Assembly (NCBI GenBank): GCA_949283535.1
Contig: CASDTC010000003.1
Span: forward strand, 2,052-66,051
Origin: an uncultured Pseudomonadota bacterium
GTDB taxonomy: Bacteria; Pseudomonadota; Alphaproteobacteria; Rs-D84
Direction of reading: 5' to 3'
DNA length: 64,000 bases
Shown: piece by piece, positions 9,977 through 17,638 of the stretch
How positions within the stretch are numbered: the first letter of the stretch is position 1
Layout of the letters: each line of letters starts with the position of its first letter
Made by a program: the position numbers and the translations under genes
Notes under the pieces: generated by a model
The model's input: only the letters and a program-made list of their open reading frames with translations
Database searches by the model: none
Told to the model about the DNA's origin: nothing

Positions 9977-11121
9977 TGGCACGGCAAACACGCGTTTCAA
10001 ATGCAAGTATGATGAGTTTTCCAGAAAAACTTAGCCGTTTTTCATGGGCAATGTTTATTCCAATGTGCTTGATTCTGGCAATATCAATTGTTGTCTTGTA
10101 TTCGGCGGGTGGCGGTGCATGGCGACCATTTGCACTGTCCCAACTGGTAAAAATTGGATTGGGGTTTGCGGTATTCTTTTTTGCGGCATTTACAAATATA
10201 AAAACATGGGTAAAGTCTGCGTATATAATATATGCAATTGCATTGATGATGATTATTCTGGTTACATTTGTTGGGCATACCGGAATGGGTGCGCAAAGAT
10301 GGCTGAATCTGGGATTTTTCCATGTACAACCATCAGAACTGATAAAAATTGCATTGGTTTTGGCACTGGCACGATATTTTGCATGGATGAATTCTGTCGA
10401 ATTATCACAAATTAAAAATTATGCCGTACCTGTGGCAATGTTATTGGTTCCTTTTTTATTAATAGTCGCGCAACCTGATTTAGGTACTGCATTATCCCTG
10501 GGGATGATTACAGTTGGTATGTTCTATATCGTTGGCGCACAAAAAAAATGGTTTATTATTGCAGCAATATTGGGGTTGATGGCGGCACCACTGGTATGGT
10601 TTGGTGGGTTACACGATTATCAACGCGACAGAATTATTACTTTTATTAATCCTGACCATGATGCCCAGGGTGCCGGATATCAAATTAACCAGGCAAAAAT
10701 TGCATTTGGTTCTGGTGGAATGCTGGGCAAAGGGTATATGGCAGGTACACAATCACAACAATCGTTCTTGCCAGAAAAACAAACTGATTTTATATTTACT
10801 ATGTTGGGTGAAGAATTTGGTTTTATTGGCGCATTTGCACTGGTTATATTATATACATTTATTGTTATTGTATTATTCAGGTGTGCAAAAACATGCCGTA
10901 ATCGTTTTGGACAACTGGTGTGTTTTGGTTTTATGTTGAACTTTTTCATTTATTATTTTATAAATATTTCTATGGTTCTGGGACTGATGCCAACAGTTGG
11001 GGTACCATTGCCGCTGATGTCATTTGGTGGCAGCAGTTTATTATCATTGATGTTCGGTTTCGGTCTGTGCCAGAACGCACATATTCATAAAGATCAGCAA
11101 TTGTCATCCAAAGGAAGTTAA
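9976..11121 (+). CDS. rodA: SEDS peptidoglycan polymerase RodA
   Basis: It is a polytopic FtsW/RodA/SpoVE-family protein (..PSELIKIALVLALA.., ..LPEKQTDFIF..), located next to mrdA. Confidence 0.9.
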   Translation: MARQTRVSNASMMSFPEKLSRFSWAMFIPMCLILAISIVVLYSAGGGAWRPFALSQLVKIGLGFAVFFFAAFTNIKTWVKSAYIIYAIALMMIILVTFVGHTGMGAQRWLNLGFFHVQPSELIKIALVLALARYFAWMNSVELSQIKNYAVPVAMLLVPFLLIVAQPDLGTALSLGMITVGMFYIVGAQKKWFIIAAILGLMAAPLVWFGGLHDYQRDRIITFINPDHDAQGAGYQINQAKIAFGSGGMLGKGYMAGTQSQQSFLPEKQTDFIFTMLGEEFGFIGAFALVILYTFIVIVLFRCAKTCRNRFGQLVCFGFMLNFFIYYFINISMVLGLMPTVGVPLPLMSFGGSSLLSLMFGFGLCQNAHIHKDQQLSSKGS

Positions 11122-11125
11122 GATT

Positions 11126-13384
11126 ATGAACCTGCTTATCGTAGAATCACCATCAAAGGCAAAAACAATTGAAAAATACCTGGGGGCGGGGTGGCGTGTT
11201 ATCGCATCTGTTGGTCATGTACGGGATTTAGTTCCAGAAAATGGCAGTGTTGATACAGAACATGATTTTAAAATGCGCTGGCAAATTATGCCAGGTAAAG
11301 AAAAACAAATAAAATTAATCACAGATGAATTAAAAAAAGCAGATGCAGTGTATCTGGCATCGGACCCGGATCGCGAAGGTGAAGCAATTGCATGGCATAT
11401 TCTGGATATATTAAATGCCAAAAAAGCATTAAATGGTAAAAAAGTTTATCGTGTCGCATTTCATGAAATTACGAAAAAGGCTGTATTAGACGCCATCGCA
11501 CATCCGCGCGAAATTGATAAAAACCTGGTTGATGCATATTTAGTACGCCGCGCGTTGGATTATTTGATTGGATTTGGAATTTCACCATTGCTGTGGCGCC
11601 GTAATCTGGGGCGCAGTGCGGGTCGCGTACAATCTGTTGCAGTTAAATTGGTTGTTGATCGTGAACGCGAAATAGGGGCGTTTAAACCCGTTGAATATTG
11701 GTCGTTGGGTGCAAAATGCAATGTTAGTGCGGGCGAATTTAATGCAATGCTGGCAAAATTCGATGGTGAAAAAATTGAAAAAATGACAATTGAAAATCGC
11801 GCGCGCATGGATGAAATCCTGGGGAAAATTGGTGAACCAATTATTGATGCGCGTGTTATTGCAATTGATAAAAAGAAAACATCACGGCGCGCGGCGGCAC
11901 CATTTACAACCAGTACATTACAACAAGAAGCCGCACGGAAATTATACTTTTCATCGCGGCGCACAATGTCAACCGCGCAAAAGTTATATGAAGCAGGTTT
12001 AATAACATATATGCGTACAGATGCAACAAATCTGTCTGCCGATGCGGTTAATGAAATCCGCGGATTTATTGCACATACATACGGAAATCAATTTGTTCCA
12101 AAATCACCAAATGTATATGTTACAAAATCTAAAAATGCACAAGAAGCACATGAAGCAATTCGCCCAACACATTTCGATGTTGAAAAACCAAAATTATCTG
12201 GTGATGAAGAAAAACTGTATGATTTAATATGGAAACGCACAATTGCATGTCAAATGACAAATGCGGAATTTGACAGTGTTACCGCCGATATTGAAACACA
12301 AAATCATATTGCGGTATTTCATGCGGTTGGAACAACACGCACATTTGACGGTTTTATGCGTGTTTATACCGAAGATAAAGATGACGCATCCGATGATACG
12401 GAATCTAAATTACCACAATTAAATGTTGGTGATGATGTAAATATTTCTGAATTGATACCAGAACAACATTTTACACAACCACCTGCGCGCTATACAGAAG
12501 CATCACTGGTAAAAAAACTGGAAGAATTGGGTATCGGGCGACCATCAACATATGCAACAATTATGTCAACAATTGTTGACAGAAAATATGTTGAACAAGA
12601 TAAACAACGCCGCTTTCATCCAACCCCCGGTGGATGGGTGATTTCTGCATATTTATCAAAATATTTTGATGATTTGGTCGATGTTAATTTTACCGCAAAA
12701 ACAGAAGATACCCTGGACGATGTTTCAAATGGAAAGCGTGACAAATTGGACGCGCTGCGTAATTTCTGGACACCAACATCTGAAATGATTGATGGCGCAC
12801 GCGGTGTAAAAACCACAGAAATTATTGATGCAATTAATAATGTTATGCATAATCACTTGTTTCCGGACGGAAATGATAAATGCCCAAAGTGTGGTGGAAA
12901 ATTGGGAATAAAATTATCAAAATATGGTGCATTTATTGGTTGTGAAAATTATCCAAAATGTGATTATACACAAAAATTGGCGGATTTCGGCAATCCACAG
13001 CCGACAGATGAAAATACAAAATCAAAAAATATGCCAATTGATTTGGGTGATGGTATATCATTTCGTGTTGGACGGTTTGGTCCATATGTAACCGATGGCA
13101 AAAAAAATGTGGCGGCAAAACAATATACAGCAGATACAATAACACTGGACGCGGCGCGTGAATTGTTGGCGGGTGGCGGTAAAAAATCAGAGCCAATTGT
13201 AATTGGTGAAAATCCAGAAACAGGGAAAACAATATATTATTATCCAACTGGACGATATGGCGCATATATATCATCAAATCGTGTTAATGTTTCTGTATCT
13301 GCGCAACCTGATTTAGAAACAGCTATAAATTTAATAAATAATAAAAAGCCAACAAAAAGATTTAAAAGGACAACCAAGAAATAA
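11126..13384 (+). CDS. topA: DNA topoisomerase I
   Basis: It has a Toprim N-terminus (LIVESPSKAKTIEKYLG), an active-site Tyr region (GLITYMRTD) and one C4 zinc ribbon (CPKCGG..C..C). Confidence 0.92.
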   Translation: MNLLIVESPSKAKTIEKYLGAGWRVIASVGHVRDLVPENGSVDTEHDFKMRWQIMPGKEKQIKLITDELKKADAVYLASDPDREGEAIAWHILDILNAKKALNGKKVYRVAFHEITKKAVLDAIAHPREIDKNLVDAYLVRRALDYLIGFGISPLLWRRNLGRSAGRVQSVAVKLVVDREREIGAFKPVEYWSLGAKCNVSAGEFNAMLAKFDGEKIEKMTIENRARMDEILGKIGEPIIDARVIAIDKKKTSRRAAAPFTTSTLQQEAARKLYFSSRRTMSTAQKLYEAGLITYMRTDATNLSADAVNEIRGFIAHTYGNQFVPKSPNVYVTKSKNAQEAHEAIRPTHFDVEKPKLSGDEEKLYDLIWKRTIACQMTNAEFDSVTADIETQNHIAVFHAVGTTRTFDGFMRVYTEDKDDASDDTESKLPQLNVGDDVNISELIPEQHFTQPPARYTEASLVKKLEELGIGRPSTYATIMSTIVDRKYVEQDKQRRFHPTPGGWVISAYLSKYFDDLVDVNFTAKTEDTLDDVSNGKRDKLDALRNFWTPTSEMIDGARGVKTTEIIDAINNVMHNHLFPDGNDKCPKCGGKLGIKLSKYGAFIGCENYPKCDYTQKLADFGNPQPTDENTKSKNMPIDLGDGISFRVGRFGPYVTDGKKNVAAKQYTADTITLDAARELLAGGGKKSEPIVIGENPETGKTIYYYPTGRYGAYISSNRVNVSVSAQPDLETAINLINNKKPTKRFKRTTKK

Positions 13385-15000
13385 TGGCGGGGTTTGATAA
13401 AAATTTTACCGATGAATTACGGACGCGGTTGTCGATTGTTGATGTTGTATCGCGGCGGGTGCCACTGGTAAAAAAGGGTCAAAACTATTGGGGATGTTGT
13501 CCATTTCATAATGAAAAGACACCCAGTTTTTCTGTTAATGAAGACAAGGGATTTTATCACTGTTTTGGATGTGGTGCGCATGGTGATATTATATCTTTTA
13601 CAATGAAATCAAATAATGTTGATTTCCGCACTGCGATAACAGAACTGGCGGCGGCGGCGGGATTAAAATTACCAGATTATAAACCCAAATCAGCAGAACA
13701 GGTCGCACGCGAAGAATCATATTTTCAATTGGTAAATGATGCCGCACAAATATATCAAAAACATTTGTATATGCCCGATGGTGCGCATGCATTAGAATAT
13801 ATAAAAAATCGTGGTTTTACAGATGATATGATAAAAAAATATGGTATTGGTTATGCGCCGAAAAATAATATCATCGCAAATAAGTTTATAAATGTAAAAC
13901 AAGATTCTTTAATCGCGACGGGATTATGTCGCCGTGGTGATTTTGGAATGTATGATTTCTTTCGCGATAAATTAATGTTTCCAATATTTAATGCACATGG
14001 AAAAATTGTCGCATTTTCTGGACGCAGCTTGGACGGCAGTGAACCAAAATATATAAACACCACAGATACAGATCAATTTCATAAACGCCGCACTATATTT
14101 GGTTTTAACTTTGCACGCGATGCAATATATCGCGCAAATCGCAGCATTGTTGTCGAAGGGCAAATTGATGCAATTCAAATGCAATGTAATGGTTTTCCAG
14201 AAACAGTTGCGCCATTGGGTACCGCCCTGACCGAAGATCATATATCAATGCTGTGCAAGGCAAACAGAAATATAATATTTTGCTTTGATGGTGATAATGC
14301 CGGTCAAAAAGCTGCCGCGCGCGCATGTGATATTGTAATGCCATTTTTGCGTGATGCATCAGATGTGCGTTTTGCGTTTGTCAGTGGTGGCAAAGACCCG
14401 GATGAAGTATTAAAAACCGGTGGTACAGCCGCAATGCATAAAATTATTGACAGTGCAACACCACTGGTTGATTTTTTATGGAATCTGGTAAATACACAAT
14501 TTCTGGTATCCACGCCGAATGGACGCACGCAGGCAGAAAAATTTTTAAAACAAAAAACAGATAAAATTTCTGATGTAACTTTGCGCGGTGAATATGAACA
14601 TGAATACAATTCACGCATGTTTAATAATTGGCATAAATGGAAAAAAGATAAAAAATCGGCACAAAAAATCGAATTGCCAGAAATAGATGCAATTACACAA
14701 AATACATTAATATATATAACAAACCAATATCCAGAAATTGCCGAACAATATGCTGAATTTTTGGCAACACTGAACATAAATCTGGATGGTAATGTGGCAG
14801 ATATGAATTTGGATAAAACAGCCGCAGAAAAGTATATCGTATCATTAAAGTTGCAAAAATATTTGGAAAAGTTGCATATACAAAAGAAAGATTTAACCGC
14901 AAAATTATTGGCAGGTGATGATGTACGCGAAGAAATAGAAAAAATAGACGCAGATATAAATGATGCAAATGAACGATTGGAAAAGTTAATTTCCATGTAA
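13384..15000 (+). CDS. dnaG: DNA primase
   Basis: It has a CHC2 zinc finger (CCPFHNEKTPSF...YHCFGCGAHGD) and Toprim motifs (VVEGQIDA, FDGDNAG). Confidence 0.92.
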   Translation: MAGFDKNFTDELRTRLSIVDVVSRRVPLVKKGQNYWGCCPFHNEKTPSFSVNEDKGFYHCFGCGAHGDIISFTMKSNNVDFRTAITELAAAAGLKLPDYKPKSAEQVAREESYFQLVNDAAQIYQKHLYMPDGAHALEYIKNRGFTDDMIKKYGIGYAPKNNIIANKFINVKQDSLIATGLCRRGDFGMYDFFRDKLMFPIFNAHGKIVAFSGRSLDGSEPKYINTTDTDQFHKRRTIFGFNFARDAIYRANRSIVVEGQIDAIQMQCNGFPETVAPLGTALTEDHISMLCKANRNIIFCFDGDNAGQKAAARACDIVMPFLRDASDVRFAFVSGGKDPDEVLKTGGTAAMHKIIDSATPLVDFLWNLVNTQFLVSTPNGRTQAEKFLKQKTDKISDVTLRGEYEHEYNSRMFNNWHKWKKDKKSAQKIELPEIDAITQNTLIYITNQYPEIAEQYAEFLATLNINLDGNVADMNLDKTAAEKYIVSLKLQKYLEKLHIQKKDLTAKLLAGDDVREEIEKIDADINDANERLEKLISM

Positions 15001-15010
15001 AAAAAAACAT

Positions 15011-15041
15011 AAAAAAAGCCGGTAAATGCCGGCTTTTTTTT
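15011..15041. terminator. bidirectional intrinsic terminator between dnaG and ychF
   Basis: The sequence is A7-GCCGG-TAAATG-CCGGC-T8. Confidence 0.8.
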
Positions 15042-15043
15042 AA

Positions 15044-16123
15044 TTAATTGTTAAACAAGAAATGACATATATCACCATCTTGCATAATATATTCTTTGCC
15101 AACCAGGCGCATTTTGCCGGCGTCGCGAACAGCGACTTCGCCACCATATTGTATAAAATCTGCTGGTGATATTATTTCGGCGCGAATAAAACCCTTTTCA
15201 AAATCAGTATGAATTTTGCCAGCTGCCTGGGGCGCGGTCATACCACGCGTAATGGTCCATGCGTGTGCTTCCTTGGGTCCAACGGTATAAAATGTTTGCA
15301 AACCCAATGTATTATATCCTGTGCGAATTATTTTATCCAATCCGGATTCTGATAATCCCAAATCATCCAGAAACATTTTTCGTTCACTGGGGTCAACAAT
15401 TTGCGCAATTTCCATTTCAATCTTGGACGATATAACCAATACGGGCGCAACAGATGAATATTTATCACGCACTGCATCAGAAAACTTATTTCCGGTTGCA
15501 GCGGATGATTCATCAACATTACATACATAAATAACTGATTTTGCCGTTAATAAATTAAATGGATGCGCATCAATCCCAGATGTACGCGCCGGTACGCCCC
15601 GCGCCAGACCATCACGAATTGCGTTGGCATCCGCCAATAATTTTATTGCATTTTTATCCAGACCATGTGCCTTTTTTTCCAGATTTTTTATCTGTTTGTC
15701 CAGGCTTTCAATATCTGCCAACATTAATTCTGTTTCAATTGTATCAATATCAGACAGTGGGTCTATTTTGCCATTTACATGAACAATATCATCATTTTCA
15801 AAACATCGAACAACATGAATTATGGCATCAACATTTAATATATTGCCCAAGAATTTATTGCCCAATCCTTCGCCCGCAGAAGCACCGCGGACCAGCCCAG
15901 CAATATCAACAATTTCCAACTGGGTCGGTATAATTTTTTGTGATTTTGCAACATCTGCTAATTTATGTAATGTTGCGTCTGGTACAACAACGCGCCCAGT
16001 ATTTGGTTCGATTGTACAAAACGGATAATTTTGTGCATCCGCCGCCGCACTTTGTGTCAATGCATTAAATAATGTTGATTTACCGACATTTGGCAATCCA
16101 ACAATTCCACAATTGAATCCCAT
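15044..16123 (-). CDS. ychF: ribosome-binding ATPase YchF
   Basis: It has the G1 motif GLPNVGKSTLFNALT and a C-terminal YchF/TGS-like region (..AWTI..G..AP.AAG.IH.DF..GFIRAE). Confidence 0.92.
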   Translation of the reverse strand: MGFNCGIVGLPNVGKSTLFNALTQSAAADAQNYPFCTIEPNTGRVVVPDATLHKLADVAKSQKIIPTQLEIVDIAGLVRGASAGEGLGNKFLGNILNVDAIIHVVRCFENDDIVHVNGKIDPLSDIDTIETELMLADIESLDKQIKNLEKKAHGLDKNAIKLLADANAIRDGLARGVPARTSGIDAHPFNLLTAKSVIYVCNVDESSAATGNKFSDAVRDKYSSVAPVLVISSKIEMEIAQIVDPSERKMFLDDLGLSESGLDKIIRTGYNTLGLQTFYTVGPKEAHAWTITRGMTAPQAAGKIHTDFEKGFIRAEIISPADFIQYGGEVAVRDAGKMRLVGKEYIMQDGDICHFLFNN

Positions 16124-16150
16124 GTTTATTTCCTTTATAATGCAAATAAT

Positions 16151-16831
16151 ATGTCATACATGTGGAACGAATTCAATATAAAAACCATGCCCGCGGAAAC
16201 GGTTGTTTTCCGCGATGGTAAATTTTGTCCGGATTTATCAACACTGAATGGGACAGATATTAATGAAAATTATGAAAAACCGGTACATATTATATATGTT
16301 GGCGAAATTGCCGGTGATTGCCGGTTAAATATCAATATAAATGTTCCAAACCAAATTGTTTATATCAGCGTTCGAATAAAAAATAAAAAGCCGGCTTTTT
16401 TTAACATTTTTATCAAAAATGCCGGGAAAAATTCAGAATGTCGTGGTCAAATAATGATGGAAAATTATTCCGAATTAAAATATGAATGTACGGCACAACA
16501 TGTACAGTCTGATACAACAATTTTATTAAAAAATAAATTAATCGCAAACAAAGAAAGTATATCAAATTTATCGGGTACAGCAATTATTGAAAAAAATTGT
16601 GAAAATACAATATCAGATATCGGTTTTTCTGCAATGGCCGATAAAACCGCACGAATTAAATTTATGCCAACACAACGAATTTCGTCTGTTCCAAATTCTG
16701 CGGATCACAGTGCATCAATTTATGCGCCACAAAATGTTCAAATTGAATATTTACGCAGTGCCGGATTATCCGGGGCAGAAGTTAATGATGCCCTGCGCGA
16801 GGCATTTATGAATGATTTTAATTTATTTTAA
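16151..16831 (+). CDS. short SufD/SufB-family beta-helix protein (226 aa)
   Basis: The C-terminal region DHSASIYAPQNVQIEYLRSAGLSGAEVNDALREAFMND resembles the SufB/SufD tail (H..A..G.lde..lFYL.sRGi...A..ll..gF). No sufB or sufC lies adjacent. Confidence 0.5.
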   Translation: MSYMWNEFNIKTMPAETVVFRDGKFCPDLSTLNGTDINENYEKPVHIIYVGEIAGDCRLNININVPNQIVYISVRIKNKKPAFFNIFIKNAGKNSECRGQIMMENYSELKYECTAQHVQSDTTILLKNKLIANKESISNLSGTAIIEKNCENTISDIGFSAMADKTARIKFMPTQRISSVPNSADHSASIYAPQNVQIEYLRSAGLSGAEVNDALREAFMNDFNLF

Positions 16832-16888
16832 TTAATAAAAAATGCCCGCAAAATGCGCGGACATAAAAAATAGAATTATTATCCAAGA

Positions 16889-17023
16889 TTATTTTTTCTT
16901 GAATCCTTGCTTCGCCTTTAATTTTGGATTATTTGGATCAATCAAAATAATCTGTTTACCACGGCGAATTTGTTTTACATTACCGCGCTTTTTCCACGCC
17001 TTTAATGAACTTAAAAACTTCAT
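16889..17023 (-). CDS. rpmJ: 50S ribosomal protein L36 (44 aa; absent from ORF track)
   Basis: Hand translation gives MKFLSSLKAWKKRGNVKQIRRGKQIILIDPNNPKLKAKQGFKKK. This matches the non-zinc L36 type (MKV.SSLKSLK.R......RR.G...VI.K.NPRFKA.QG). Confidence 0.85.
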   Translation of the reverse strand: MKFLSSLKAWKKRGNVKQIRRGKQIILIDPNNPKLKAKQGFKKK

Positions 17024-17117
17024 ATCAAATCCTTTTTACGGACGTGATTATAAACAGTTTTTAAAAAAAATCAAATAATTATTAAATATTTGTTGTTTTT
17101 GTTGGTGCTGTTAGTTT

Positions 17118-17303
17118 TGTTGAAAATGTTTTTTAGTTTTTTATTAACAAGTTTTCAACAATTTTTTGTTAGTTTTCCCGGGTGTTTATAGATTCTGTTG
17201 AAAAAGTATCGCGTATAATTAACTGTTGAAAAAAATGGTGGTTTTCAACATTTTTAACAAAATTTTGTAAATGCTTTTTATGCTTGTTGAAAACTGTTGA
17301 AAT
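17118..17303. promoter_or_regulatory. array of seven TGTTGAAAA / TTTTCAACA motifs plus TATAAT boxes upstream of virB3
   Basis: Forward copies lie at 17118, 17196, 17224, 17285 and 17295 (the last reads TGTTGAAAT). Inverted copies lie at 17152 and 17242. TATAAT boxes lie at 17214-17219 and 17307-17312. Confidence 0.6.
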
Positions 17304-17340
17304 TGTTATAATTCAAGCATCAGGGGGGATTTTATTCAAA

Positions 17341-17637
17341 ATGAAGCAACAAATACTGAAAGCATTGGCAAACCCACCGCGCATTTTTTATGTGCCGTAT
17401 TCGTTGGCAGTCATTAATTTTGCAGTGCAATTCATTGTTTTTATTATAGTTTTTGTTGTTGGGTTATCTGTTAGTGGTGGTGATATCGCAGTAAACCCGC
17501 TGTATTTTTTATTGTCTGTTATTGTGGTTCATATGATTTTGGCGTTCTTTGCAAAGCGTGAACCACAGTTGGGGCAAATTGTGGCGGCAAAAATACAATT
17601 GTTAAAAAAGAAAATACCAGGAAGATTGGCGGCGTAA
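17341..17637 (+). CDS. virB3: type IV secretion system protein VirB3/TrbD-like
   Basis: The start was trimmed to the ATG at 17341, after an AGGGGGGA RBS. This 98-aa protein has two TM helices and an ..AKREPQLGQIV.. region like the VirB3 'DP.f..v' segment. It lies directly upstream of virB4. Confidence 0.75.
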   Translation: MKQQILKALANPPRIFYVPYSLAVINFAVQFIVFIIVFVVGLSVSGGDIAVNPLYFLLSVIVVHMILAFFAKREPQLGQIVAAKIQLLKKKIPGRLAA

Positions 17638-17638
17638 A

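Noticed and set aside
2462-15041. Near-identical terminators, AAAGCCGGCAAATGCCGGC (2466-84) and AAAGCCGGTAAATGCCGGC (15015-33), considered as a dispersed repeat family.
   Set aside because: The similarity is short and confined to a generic GC-clamp hairpin flanked by A/T runs. Convergent terminator design explains it adequately.
16832-16888. A possible terminator hairpin (CCGC-AAAATGC-GCGG) between the SufD-like gene and rpmJ.
   Set aside because: It has only a 4-bp stem and the flanking A/T runs are ambiguous. This is not sufficient to report as a feature.
17040-17340. The idea that the motif-dense AT-rich region is the chromosomal replication origin.
   Set aside because: I found no DnaA-box-like TTATCCACA sequences and no dnaA, dnaN or hemE-type context. 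The motif is better explained as a regulator-binding array for the adjacent virB genes.
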